A program made the translations under genes and the position numbers. Under the pieces are notes generated by a model. It was not told the DNA's origin and searched no databases. It saw only the letters and a list, made by a program, of their open reading frames with translations. A DNA stretch of 64,000 nt from Amoebidium appalachense (taxonomy: Eukaryota > Protista > Ichthyosporea): assembly GCA_963693365.1 (NCBI GenBank), contig CAVNZM010000009.1:6850171-6914170 (forward strand), in the 5' to 3' direction. This document shows, piece after piece, positions 49,901 to 62,802 of the stretch. Within the stretch, counting starts at the first letter, position 1. The number at the start of each line of letters is the position of its first letter.

Positions 49901-50064
49901 ATGCGCATGACACGCACGAACATCCACACTCACTCACATGTGACGAATTTCTGTCAGGTGCTAGACAAGGGCTGGTTATCTTGGCACCGACATTATAACT
50001 GACTCAGCATAATCAACTAATAATTACTAATAGTCACTTCCTGCCTTCTTTCTGCTCCCTCCCC

Positions 50065-50101
<37 letters not shown>

Positions 50102-52992
50102 ACAAAAAAAAAACCATCACTACCATCCCGGAAACATCACCAAGAAATGACAAATCCTTGAATAAAGTCTGAAGAGCCCAATATTGAAGCACCGGGGCTG
50201 ACTAATTTACACGGTACCAACAATCTACGTGCAGAACAAAACAGGTGCGCAGACGGATCCCATACGTGTGGGAGCCTGACCACCTGCGTCCAAACTCCCG
50301 GCTCGTTCAGTTGTTCGTGCCCAGCCAATTTCACCTTGGCAACGCAAGTTGACGCAAACAACAAGTTTAACTGCGGTAAACACCTCGTCGTCTTACCCTT
50401 TTGGAATTTTGTTTTTCTGTATACAATCCCATTTGCCTCAACCTATGGTCATCCAGTTATACATAGTACGGCAACTCAGTTGTGCGCGTGCGAGAGGCAT
50501 GCCTTGTCACTCTTTCCTTTCTTCGCCTCCCCCCCCCCCCCCCCCCCCCGCCCCCTCCCCCCCCCCCCCCCCCCTCTCCCTTCCATCTTTTTGGTTTGCT
50601 TTTCTTGCCCAGTGTTCTGACATGTTTCCTACTCGTTTAGGCTCTCATCTGCACCATTCGATTCTTTAACGTTCGCATCAGCTGTCACACACACAGAGAT
50701 CTTTTTAAATAGTAGTTTATAAACTGCTGATGACTGCTTACAAAACATTCCCTGCATGCTTACAAAACATTCCCTGCAGAGAGAAACCAGTGTCTAGACG
50801 GAACCCATACATGTGGTAACCTAGCAGTATGTGCCAAGACGCCCGGCTCGTTCAGCTGCTCGTGCCCTGCTGGATATAGTCTCGGCACCAAACTTGTCAA
50901 CAAAAAGTTCAACTGTGGTAAGCAACCCATCCCTTGTCTCTTTTTTACTGTGATTAGACAGTGTAAGTTGTAGCACATCTGTGTTTCTCTGCATGGCAAG
51001 ATCTGCCGCATGCCTCAAAAAGGAGACATCATCACCCGAGCTGTCAAGCACAATTACGGATGAAAAGCATCAGGCAAGGAACAAGCATGGGTATAGGAAA
51101 AATGTATTGGCTGACAAAGTGAATCATTTGAACATTCGGCCATCATGTGCATGTTGCCAACAAATTCATACCGTGGCACATACACATTCGAGCCCATGCA
51201 CACACTTACCCTGACACACACACCCGGCACACACACACACACTCACTATTCAAACACTAATCAAACAAAAAAACAAACAGAGGACATCAACGAATGCAAA
51301 GGCACCAATACCAGCATCTGCCCTGCGAGAGCAGGATGTGTCAACTCTGTTGGTTCTTTTAGCTGTGTGTGCTCGATGGGATCGTCGTTTAATGCAGAAA
51401 AGACATCATGTGAAAAATTCACGATCAGTAAGTCTCCCCCCTTCCACTCCCCCCCCTTCCCACTCCCCCCCCCCCCCCCCCCCCCCACCCACCCACCCAC
51501 CCCACCCCCCCACCACCACCACCCCCTCCCCCCCCCTCCCCCCACACACACACATACACCCCCATCCCCACCCCACCCCACCCTCAGGCAGGGTGGTCTT
51601 TGTTTGGCGTCTTCCGTCCCCCGGTATACTGCGGATAACTCTTCCGCATTGTTAAGCATATTGCTCAGGAAGCGGAATTGATAATTCCGTAATCGATTCG
51701 AATATGTGATTCCCAGCTCTCATGCCTGTTTGTCTCCTAAGGTTTATAGTAGTTCAATATCATCAACGGTTATTCATCGGTGGTTTCCCAGCTTACAATC
51801 CGACAACAGATTCATCCCCCCCCCCCCCCCCCCCCCCCCACCACCACCACCACCACCACCACCACCACCACCACCACCACAACCAGCTCCACTAGCAAGA
51901 AAAACGACATAACAATTCGGCTTCACTTATGAAGTGGAAGTGATGATTGCTTTGTGTCGATTTGAAACTGTGATCTCCAGCCTTGAGGGCAATTTCTCTC
52001 CTTGTAGTAAATCATTGGTGTTTCCCAGCTTACAATTCAAAAGCAGTTCTCCCCCCCCCCCCCCCCCCCCTCCTTTCCCAACCCACTTGTTCCGCTTGCA
52101 AGAAAGACAACAACAATAACAACAGCAACCAGAATAATAAAACACAAAAATATCGATGTGAGTCTGACCCCACTGTTTACCAATACACAGGTACTGGATC
52201 CGTGGGAAAAATTCTGCCACAGGGCTTAGCATGCTCTCCCACGGGTTCGTTTGGAAACTGGACTAGAAAATTCAACACAATATTTGATGACACATATTGC
52301 GTCTCGACGTGTGTGCGGTATCAGGAATGCCAGTTTGCGGTCTTCAATAGCAAGGAGAACTCGTGTGTGATCACAAACCACTGCCTGAACCGGGTCACAA
52401 GCTTTGGAACCCAAGTTTACACTCTGTTGAGTACGTATCCCCCACCTCTTACATACACGCACAGGCACACTCATATCTTCCCACCTTAGCCTATCGTGAC
52501 CTTTGCAGTTTCTTGCATTGCCATTGCTTTTCTTTCTGCCAAACCAACTTTTAACGATTATGCTGGCGTTTCTCCATGGCATGTATGGAATTCTTCTCGT
52601 ATGTTGATTGTCGGAAAAGGACACCCGCCCCATATATGGTAAAGCTTCATCAGTGTGGTGTTTGTGTTATTAACCAACCGTGAGCGGCTCAATGACGTCA
52701 GCTGTTGACGTCGATTTGACGTTGTCTAAGATAAAGGCCGACATAGAACTTAACTGACTGCACTGTAACCCTTGCAGAGCCAACTGTCACCGGGAGGTGC
52801 GATAGAGCCGGACTGATCGGAACTAGCAACAAGATGAATGGGCTCAGAGAGTGTGCTAATAGTTGCCAGAAATTATCCAAACTTAAGTGCAAGTATGTGT
52901 CGTATGACACAGTGACCAAGGCCTGCACCACCTACAGCACGTGCAATGCATTAGTACAGGATAGCAATACAATATCTATGATAGTGGTGTAA
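33512..52992 (+). CDS. Multi-exon (~33 exons, ~2,000 aa) secreted protein: SP-PAN-PAN-PA14-Ig/Calx-like-vWD-EGFx5-PAN-PAN-EGF/cbEGFx15-PAN-PAN
   Basis: Signal exon 33512-33575 ([21 protein letters not shown]|GTAAGT). PAN exons 34382-34609, 35729-35941. PA14 region 36347-36456, 37015-37522, 37729-38189 ([20 protein letters not shown]). vWD 38786-38825, 39175-39416, 39830-40030 (TFDG, GMCGNYN). Exon 40419-41067, then EGF exons of ~120-175 bp from 41788 to 51427 (DINEC, DIDEC, DSDEC, GSYxCxC), PAN at ~43794 and ~44269, and final PAN exons ~52191-52430 and 52778-52992 (TAA). GT-AG introns, many with CTAAC; phases are consistent except at one G8 run. Confidence 0.85.
41216..41358. repeat. Intronic ~76-bp tandem duplication
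   Basis: TTTAGCAACAATCTGCCAGTTCGGCTAT.AGTGATCGTA...TTAGTGGC.CCATTG occurs twice. Confidence 0.85.
47920..49520 (+). repeat. Intragenic tandem duplication (~830 bp) of an EGF exon pair with introns
   Basis: Exons at ~48024 and ~48828 (DEDECxLKTHxCHA) and at ~48372 and ~49198 (DSDEC); intron starts GTATGGCCATATATGTGACTC are shared. Confidence 0.85.
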
Positions 52993-53129
52993 CTAGAAAT
53001 ATGACATCTACGAACCTTAGTGGTTTATTGAAAACACAACTACTGGGATAGTTGATTAACTACTAGTAGACGTATAGCTGACTGATTGAAAATACAATAT
53101 CAAAATAGCTGTTTATAACCATAGAAAGC

Positions 53130-53530
53130 TGTGTTGCAGCCAACCTCTGACTCTGGAAAGAAAAGACTGTGGCGCACTTGCGAGTGAAGCAGAGAAATTG
53201 GGCGGGTGTGGTGGTGTAACCGTTGTAACGTTAACGGGTTCAGGCATTTGGCTTAGACACAAAAATTAACCAAGGTAATATAATCCTTGCCCAAGTTAGA
53301 TATAGAAAGGTTAACATGTTGATGCGAGAGCCTCAGATATATTTAGAAGTAGAAGTTGAACAGATAGCAGCTTAAGGTGGCCCATCTCACGGCTGGTACC
53401 AATAAAATTTATCTCATGATATGTATAGTTTCATTTGTTCTAACTGTTAGGTTTTCTGTGATGTACAGTACTCAGTGTGTGACAACTACAGTACAAGCTT
53501 GTAGTTTTAGAAAATCTCTGCATAGAATTA
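53130..53530. repeat. Unclassified dispersed repeat, copy 2 (see 19640-20040)
   Basis: Colinear blocks shared with 19640-20040. Confidence 0.7.
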
Positions 53531-53559
53531 GAGTCATTTTCATTGAGTATTGCTTCCAC

Positions 53560-53590
<31 letters not shown>

Positions 53591-54389
53591 AAAAAAAAAA
53601 AAGTAAGAAAACCTGTTCCACGCCTGCTCTTCATAGATTATGCTTCAAATTTCTCCCTTGCGTCCCTCAACACCACAGTTTTAATCCATGCACATACGGG
53701 CCCCCTTGACCCTTTCTCTGATGGCATTCACCAGTCTCCAGGCTTAACTACAAACTACCTTTTTTGGTGGTGGTGGTACCCGGTGGAGAGATGGGGGGGG
53801 GGGGGGGGGGGGGGAGACGTTGTTTTTGTGCATATGCCCCCACCATTCCCCCCCCCCCCCCCCCCCTGGTACTGCAGGTCTGGATTCCAAGACCTGCTGG
53901 TGGATCGTGTGGCACACCGGGTTAGGTCAAGTTGATGTTTGATTTATAATTATCATAATGACTTACACTAAGCTTTATAACCTGATCACTCCGCAATGGT
54001 GTGTGTGCCCTGATGCGAGCGCCAGGCCTGGGCCATTGGGCATTGCTGCTGCTGTCTGCAAGCAAGTACACGGTCGAGTGAAGTATAACACAGCCGTTGG
54101 CCGCGAGACCGTGACATAATTATCGCTTAGCATAAAACCATGAACGGGGCTCGAGAACACATTCAGATTCTATCAAAAAGCGTACAGCACAAGCTATCAC
54201 CGGTGATTTTTTAAGAGTACAGCTGTACTTCCTTCTTCCCTAGTCATACTCTTTGCATAGTATATATATTATGTGTGTGTGCCTGTACATGTATCATGAT
54301 ACGGTGCGTACTTGCATGCAGATTTGTGTGTTAAAGTTCACCCACGGCACATGTGCACGTCAGACTCGGTGTGTGCGGATCAATAAAAG

Positions 54390-54464
<75 letters not shown>

Positions 54465-54570
54465 CAGCGCATGTGTTTGCACATAGGTGTGTTGCCTGCG
54501 TGCATTTTTCTATTTGTGCCGCTCCACTGGAATGACTTTTAATGACTTTAAAAGGGTGCTATATGTCTAT

Positions 54571-54991
<421 letters not shown>

Positions 54992-55457
54992 ATATGTCTA
55001 TGTCTAATTTGCACCGCTAAGTCAGTGACTCAAGTTTTTATGTGTGTTATGCCCCGGAGACTTTGAGAGGATGAGGTCTGGGGGGGAGGGGGGGGGCGGA
55101 GGGGGGGGGGGGGGGGGGGGAGGAGGGGGAAGGAAGGGGGAAGGGGGGGGGGGGGGGGGGGTACCCACACAAAAGTACAAGCAAGAGTAGTCTTTGACAA
55201 CACCGAGGAATCAACACGGAGACACGATGGGCAACTGATACTACATAACAAGTCATGTGTGGATACAGATTTACTACATAACGACAACTAGCAACCAACT
55301 TGTACAGGCATGCTACTCTGACAACAAGATTGTATGTGTTTGTGCGTGTGTGCAAAGCCTGCACAGTTTGAAAAGGAAAAGCTGGGGCACATAAATAAGC
55401 AGCATACCACAAACCCACACACACGCATAGAATAGGACACACACAGACGCACACACG

Positions 55458-55508
<51 letters not shown>

Positions 55509-56753
55509 ACACGCACGCACGCACGCACGCACGCACGCACACACCCACACACCCGCGCACCCACGCACCCACGCACGTGCACACGCACGCGCGCGCACGC
55601 GTGCGCTCACACACACACACACACACACTGTGAGAGAGAAAGAGAGAGAGATCTAGAGAGAGAGAAAGTGCGTGTGTGTGTGTGTTTGTGTGCGCGCGTG
55701 TGTGTAAGTGACTGGGGGGGGAGCTGGGCAGGGGGGAATGGAAGGAAAGAAAAACTAGAGCATGTGTGAAGGTGACCGGGATGGTGAGAGGGATGGGGGG
55801 GGAGGTGGTAGATAGAGAGAGAGAGAGACGAGAGAGAGTGTGTGTGTGTTGGAATACTACGTATCTCGTAGGTCAGCAAGAGACTTGAAGTATGTGTGTG
55901 CCACAGTGTCTTCTCTTTGTTTGTATTCGTGTCTGGTTTTCTCCTTTGTGCTCCCCCTCTATTCTTTTTTCCTCTCTATCTCTCTCTCTCTCTCTCTCTT
56001 CCTCTCCCCCCCCCCCCCTCCCCCCCTGTACACCCCCCCCCCCCCCCCCGGCCCCCCATATCACTCTCTCTCACCCTTGTTCCGTGTGCACAGATATCTA
56101 TAGATCTGTGCATAACAGGCCCGCTGGCCTGTCAGGTCGTGTTGTATTTTACTTGTGTTTGCTCTCCTCTGTTTTGCTGTCTGTAGAGTAATTGGATACC
56201 TATTTTTGTTGTCTCTTGTGTTTAGTAGGTCGAAATAGGAGGGCTCACCAGTAGCCGCGAGGGAGCCGATCTATAGGCCGTGGCGTTGCATTCCTTTCTA
56301 TTTATAGACGTGTTTTGATTGGACACATTGGATCTCTTTGAAACCTATTCCCATGACGTGTCTTGGTTTTATTTGTGGAAATTATTGACATAAATATTTT
56401 TCTGGGTAAACACGTAGGATGGGTGTTCGATACCAACATAGCCATGTAGGCTTCATTTCGTGTTTTAGCAGTTAGCGGTTGGCTGCCCGCACACGGGCAC
56501 CTATTAGCCAGTCAAAACATCAGATACCACAGATCACTAGACCGAGTTATGATTGGCTCGGATTAGATTTCACATATCACTAGATCGATTTTTGATTGGC
56601 TCAGATCGGTAGGCTTAGGTATATAAGCACGACAGTTTTTAGCAGATCAGCAAGCTACAAACACATCTTCTGTGTTTAGCATCCACAGCCTTACAGCTAT
56701 ATATTCCTTTTCATTCCTTTTCATTCTCCCTATCTTTCCCTACGCCGGTCAGC

Positions 56754-57924
56754 ATGCCGCCGAAAAAGCGCCAGGCCTCAGCCGCCGCCCCTGCCGCGGC
56801 ACCTAAGCGCCTGACCCGCAGCGACCTCCGCCACAGGCTGACCAACGCTCCCGCGGACACTGACGCGCCTCCAGCGGCCCATACCACCACGGACCCGGAC
56901 CCGCCGGCTACTCTCCCCTCCACCCCTGAAGTCCCCCCTCAGGCCCCGCCGTCCCCGCAGATGACTTCTCAAGACGCCGTCCTGGCCGCCCTCACCGCCA
57001 TCAGCACCCAGATGGCTGGCGTCCTGGCTGCTCTCACCAACCGCGACCCCTCCCGCGCCCCCCGCCGCGCCCTCCACACCCGGGGAGGTTTCCCCGGGGC
57101 TGCATCTCGGCCCTGACCTTGACCTGCCTGCCCTGCCCGCGCCCCCCATCACAGGTGAGAACACTGGCGACATTCAGCCGGGCACACTCCCGCTTCCCCC
57201 CGCGGATGTGCTGGCAGATTTGCGCGCCAATCGTTTCGTCGACCTGTATAAGTTCACCCCCGCCGCCCTCCTGGCCCCATCCAAGAAAGGTCAGCATCTG
57301 CGCATGGCCGACGACGGCAGCATCGAGACTTTTCGCCAAGACAAACCCGTTCCCCTGCGTTCACTCGTCATTTGGATCCAAGCTTGGACCCATTACATGG
57401 CCGCCAAGCACCACCTCGGCCTTCCCACGGACAAAGACGTACTTTGGACTCAGCACATCACTCGCCTCAGCACCCGATACCCGTGGGCCCAGATCCACAA
57501 CTATGACGTATACGCCCGCACCGTGGCCCACCAGCAGGGTCGGGCTCCGATCGAGTGCCCCAACCTGCTCGCCCAACTCCACCAGGATCTCCTCCTGCCA
57601 CCCACCCTGCTCATCCAGGACGCATGTCAGCGCTGTGGCTTCCCCGACCACCCCAGCGCGGCCTGCCCCATGTACCCCAAGCCCGGCTGTGGTCTTGACG
57701 GCTTTAAGCCGCCCCACAAGCCCGGCGGGGGTCACACCCCTAACCGCCCTGGCCCGCAACCCGGCCCGGCAAAACCGGCCCGACCCGTGGATCTACCCGC
57801 GACGCACTGCAGGAATTTCCACATTAACGGTCGGTCCTGCGCTAAGCAGCCCTGCCCCTTCTCCCACGTGTGCCCGCTCTGCTCTGGCACACACCCCCGC
57901 AAAGACTGCAAGCACAATGCCTAG
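56754..57924 (+). CDS. Ngaro gag-like ORF1 (frameshift near 57100)
   Basis: MPPKKRQ start; FVDLYKF, WIQAWTHY, YPWAQIHNYDVYAR; zinc fingers CQRCGFPDHPSAAC, CRNF..C..C..H and CPLCSGTHPRKDC. Confidence 0.8.
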
Positions 57925-58315
57925 TCTACGCGCACACCCACACACACAGCTAGAACATAGGGGTTCGGAGCTAGGACACACGAGTACAGGGAAACGGAGC
58001 TCGGGAGGACGGGCCAATAGGGCTGAGTACAAAATTTCGCAGGCCAACTACGGCGCCCGCGCGCGTCAAGAATAAATGTCCCTATACAAAGACGTTTATT
58101 CTGGCCACTGCACATAATTTTACTCCCCCCCCCCATCCCACGAGCCTCCCCCCCCCTTACACTCACCTAGCACTCCCTCCCCCCCCCTTCTTCTACCGCT
58201 GTGTCCGCCCACACCCCCGCGTGCTCGGGCACATTCCCCTGCACAGGGCCCCGCTGCCCTCCCTGCCAACCCTCACTTGGGCCAAGCTGCCCTACTCTAA
58301 CCCCCCGGGGCCCTG

Positions 58316-58367
<52 letters not shown>

Positions 58368-58369
58368 CT

Positions 58370-60060
58370 GCCGGGATCTCCCCAAGGGTACACCACCCTT
58401 GCTAACCACCCCCTTCCCCCGAGGCTCAGACCCGGAGGCCCGCCCGCTGCCCCAGCACCACATTGACACCTCCCGCCTCCGGGAACTGCTGGCCTCCTAC
58501 CCGGACCAACCATTCGCCGCACAACTCCTCCACGATGTCGAATTCGGCGTCGACATCGGCTATCGCGGCCCCTCCACCTCTCGGGTGGGCCCCAACCTAC
58601 CCACCACCCCGGAGGCAGCTGCCGCTATCACGGTGGATATTGCCAAAGAAGTCGCCCTCGGCCACCTGCGCGGCCCCCTCTCCCCGGCCCAATTCTTTGA
58701 CGAATTTCCCGTCCACCGTTCCTCCCCCATCGGCGCCGTTACCAAGAAAGGGAACCCCCCCAAGTACCGTCGAATCCACCACCTCTCCTGGCCCCGGGGT
58801 AGCAGTGTCAATGACAGCATCACCTACCCCGACGAACTTCAGTACATTCGCGCCCGGGATGTCACCCAACTCATTCTCGACGCAGGCCCCGGCTGCTACA
58901 TGGCCGTGGCAGATGTGCAGGCTGCCTTCCGGCACATGCCCATCCGACCGGAAGACCACCACTTAATGGCATTCAAATGGCAAGGGCATTTTTACGTTGA
59001 AACCAGACTGCCCTTCGGCCTGAAATCTAGCCCAGCCATCTGGGAACGGATCGCGGCCACCCTACAGTGGCTGGCACACCAGCACCACGGTATTACCCTC
59101 ATCCGCCACTACGTAGACGACTGGATTATAGTCGCCCCCACACAACAGCAGTGCCAACGTCACCTATCCACCTTCCTGCAACTCTGCCGAGAGCTGCACA
59201 TTGCCATCTCCGAAGACAAGATGCAGGGCCCGGCTACCCGTGTCGTCTTCATCGGTATCGAATTCGACTCCATCGCCATGGAGGCACGAATCCCGGCTTC
59301 CAAGCTCTCGGACCTACTCGACCTCACTTCCCACCCAAAGCCCACCATCACCATTCGGGACCTCCAGTCCCTCCTCGGCAAACTCACCTGGTGTGCCCAG
59401 CTGCTTCCCCCCGGGAGGGCCTTCTCCCAGCGCCTCTGGGCCCTTCTCCGGACCCACCCACACCTTGCCGGCCACCACCACATACGACTGACTGCTGCCG
59501 CCCGGGCCGACATAGCCGAATGGCACCACTGGCAGTTCCTCACATCATGGAATGGGGTGCACCTCATCACACCCCCCACATACACCACCCTGGCCACTGA
59601 TGCTGCCGGATCGGTGGGTCTAGGTGGCCACTGGCTCGACCAATGGTTCTTCATGCCCTGGTCCCCCTCCACCCAAGCCCTCTATGCTCATGAGGGTAAA
59701 CTCGGTTCTTCCGTCATCGAACTCCTGGCCATCGCAGCCGCCGTGGCCCTCTGGGCCCCCTCCTGGTCCACCCACCATGTCCGTATTTTATGCGACAACA
59801 CGGGTGCTGTGTCTGACCTGCACTCCCGGTCTTCCCCCCACCCCGTGATGGCCAAACTTATTCGGTTCATCACCCGCATGGAAATGCAATACCAATTCAC
59901 GTTACAGGCATCCTACCTACCAGGACCCCTCAACCATCTGGCCGATGCCATTTCTCGTAACCAACTTCCCCGGGCCCGACGACTCCGACCTTCCCTGCAA
60001 CCGGAGCCCTGCCCCTTCCCCTCCTGGGTCCACGAGTTTCTATCCCTTCCCTTGGGCTAA
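58370..60060 (+). CDS. Ngaro reverse transcriptase-RNase H (start undefined)
   Basis: KYRRIHHLSWP, SVND, DVQAAFRHMP, LPFGLKSSP, YVDD, TDAAGSVGLGG, ELLAI, CDN, NHLADAISR. Confidence 0.93.
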
Positions 60061-60089
60061 CCCCCCCCCCCCCCCCCCCCCAGATCTCC

Positions 60090-61148
60090 CGTTCCGGAGC
60101 AACACTGGCAGATTGGCCCCCCACTTTGCTCCGGCCGAGCTGCTTCGAGCCACCACTACCCTGCAGGAATGCCAGGCCCTGAGTCTCAACCTCGACTCTC
60201 GGGCCTTTTACTCCCGGGTGCAAAAAGTGTTCATCGATTTCTGTGTGGCATCTCGGCTGCAATCCTCCTCCGGGTCCTCCCTCCCGGCCTCCCCACACAC
60301 CGTGCAACTTTTTCTCGCCTGGTGTGCCCAACGAGGGGTACAGGCCTCTTCCTTAACCGGCTACAATTCGGCCATCACCAGGCTCCACCTCGACATGGGC
60401 CTCCCTGCTCCCTACCCCCACGACAAGTCTCTGGCCTGGTTCCTACGGGGGGTAGGCCGATGGCAGCTTTCTCACAACATCCGACCCCGCTCATCCACCA
60501 GGGAAAACACCCCTCCTCCCCTCCCACCTCCGCCTACTCCACGGCCAGTGCCCCACCAAGGCCTCCTCGGCCAATCTCCGGCTATGGACGGCCCTCATCG
60601 TCGGTTTCTGTGGTCTCCTCCGTTCAGGGGAATTTACCTCCAAGACCCTGACTTCTTTCGACCCGTCCCGTCACGTTAAACGGAAGGACGTGACCTTCAG
60701 CTACACCCCCACCGGTACTTTGTCCCATGCCACCCTCCACCTGCCAACCTCTAAGACAGATGTACAGGCCCGAGGTGTCAACGTCACCCTAGCTGCCCTG
60801 CCCCTCACCCACTTCTCCCCAGCCCATCTCCTCCGGCAGTTCCTGGATACAACGTCCGGTCAACCCGACGACCCCCTCTTCAGTCTCGGTGGCATCCCCT
60901 ACACCAAGAGTGCTTTCTCTGCCGATTTCCGTGCCCTCCTCTCCCGGGCAGGCCTCTCACCCTCCCGGTTTGCCGGACACAGCCTCCGCATCGGGGGGGC
61001 CACAGCACTGGCTGAGGCCGGGGTCGACGACTCCCGGATCAAACAACTCGGCCGGTGGTCCTCCGACTGCTTCCTGATCTATACCCGACTTCGTCCGGCC
61101 TCCATTGCTGCCACCACCACACGTGTATTCGCCTCTATTCTTAAGTGA
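60090..61148 (+). CDS. Ngaro tyrosine recombinase (one frameshift near 60510)
   Basis: GFCGLLRSGEF, SKTD, HSLRIGGAT and GRWSSDCFLIY supply the R-K-H-R-W-Y catalytic set. Confidence 0.88.
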
Positions 61149-61929
61149 AACCTTTGGAGCAAGCATACTGCTCTCGTGCCGTGGTTTACAACCATTGCAG
61201 GTTCACTTTCGTCCAAGGGGATGTCCCCCTAGAGGCAACACACGTCCCGGAGTAGTTTTTCATAGAGGTTTTATTTGTGGAAATTATTGACATAAATATT
61301 TTTCTGGGTAAACACGTAGGATGGGTGTTCGATACCAACATAGCCATGTAGGCTTCATTTCGTGTTTTAGCAGTTAGCGGTTGGCTGCCCGCACACGGGC
61401 ACCTATTAGCCAGTCAAAACATCAGATACCACAGATCACTAGACCGAGTTATGATTGGCTCGGATTAGATTTCACATATCACTAGATCGATTTTTGATTG
61501 GCTCAGATCGGTAGGCTTAGGTATATAAGCACGACAGTTTTTAGCAGATCAGCAAGCTACAAACACATCTTCTGTGTTTAGCATCCACAGCCTTACAGCT
61601 ATATATTCCTTTTCACCCACCCACCTACACCCACACACAACCCCCATTGATCCACACATACGTGCTGTTTTTTTTCACGGGGCGAAGACTTCCCCCGTTT
61701 TTTGGGCACATGGACCTCACGGATCAATAAATTGATGACTGGGGGCTTGCCGTGGTTTACAACCATTGCAGGTTCACTTTCGTCCAAGGGGATGTCCCCC
61801 TAGAGGCAACACACGTCCCGGAGTAGTTTTTCATAGACACTTTTATATTGACGACTATTAGGAATATATGTATGTAGATGAGTTTCTTTATGGAAACGAA
61901 TGAAAATATATATGTGAATTAACACTATC

Positions 61930-62802
61930 TGTTGGAATACGTCACTACGTAGTACAGCAAGAGTCTTGAAGTATGTGCGTGTGTCTTAGCCTTGTTTGTA
62001 TTCGTGTCTGCTCTTCTTCTTTGTGCTCTCCCCCTTCTCTCCCTTTTGCTCTTTTCTCTCTCTCTCTCTCTCCCCCCCCCCCCCCCCGTATCTCTCTCTC
62101 CCTTATTTCTGTGTGCACGGATATCTGTAGATCTGTGCACACCTGGCTCCCTTGCCTGATAGGACTTATTGCATTTTATATGTGTTTGCTCTCCTTTGTT
62201 TTTCTGAGAGTAGTGTGATTGGCTAGCTATATTCGATGTCTTTGTTTTAGTTCAAAGTAGGATGACTCCCCAATAGACGCAAGTGAGTACATCTATAGAT
62301 CATTATGTGCATTCCTGTCTATTAATATACGTGTTATGATTGGACACATTAGATATGTTTGGAATTCGTTTTTATCGTGATGTGTCTTCACTTTGAGAGT
62401 GTCGACTATTAGGAAGTATATGTATTTAGATGAGTTTCTTTATAGAGACGAATCTAAATATATATGTGTATTAATAGTGACAAGTTGTATAATTTACTTA
62501 AGTTATTTAAGTAAGAGTTTCTAAGCTTCAGTTGTGTCGGAAGTTGGAATGTGTATGCTCTGTTGGAATGTATTTTTCTATCATCAGAAGGAACCGGTTG
62601 GTTCTCTTCTTTTAGTTGAGATAAGATGATAAATGGCCAGTACAAAAAGGCCCGAGAGCACAATAAAAGTTAGTTGTTGTTGAAATCTTTCAAGTGTCGT
62701 GAACAGCTCCGATTGCCCTCTCTTTATTGTGTTGGTCGTTTTTTACATGACACGTCTGTGCACTCAGTGCACTCTGCTCCCTTAGACCCGTACAAAACAA
62801 CA
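61930..62802 (+). repeat. Complete Copia-family LTR (873 bp) followed by a PBS-like GGTTAAGG
   Basis: TGTTG...CAACA termini; colinear reverse complement of 13606-15009 minus the solo-LTR insert. Confidence 0.88.

Larger units (their letters stand above)
56365..61837 (+). mobile_element. Ngaro-type (DIRS order) tyrosine-recombinase retrotransposon with split direct repeats
   Basis: A1 56365-56713 matches A2 61267-61615 (349 bp); B1 61177-61266 matches B2 61748-61837 (90 bp). Order is A1-gag-RT/RH-YR-B1-A2-B2; no TSD. Confidence 0.95.

Noticed and set aside
53874-53897. GCAGGTCT...AGACCTGC hairpin as a Helitron 3' end
   Set aside because: No properly spaced CTRR terminus, second copy or Rep/helicase sequence.
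57119-59900. Alternative-frame and antisense ORFs over Ngaro (likewise over Copia)
   Set aside because: Expected shadows of GC-rich coding sequence, with no motifs.
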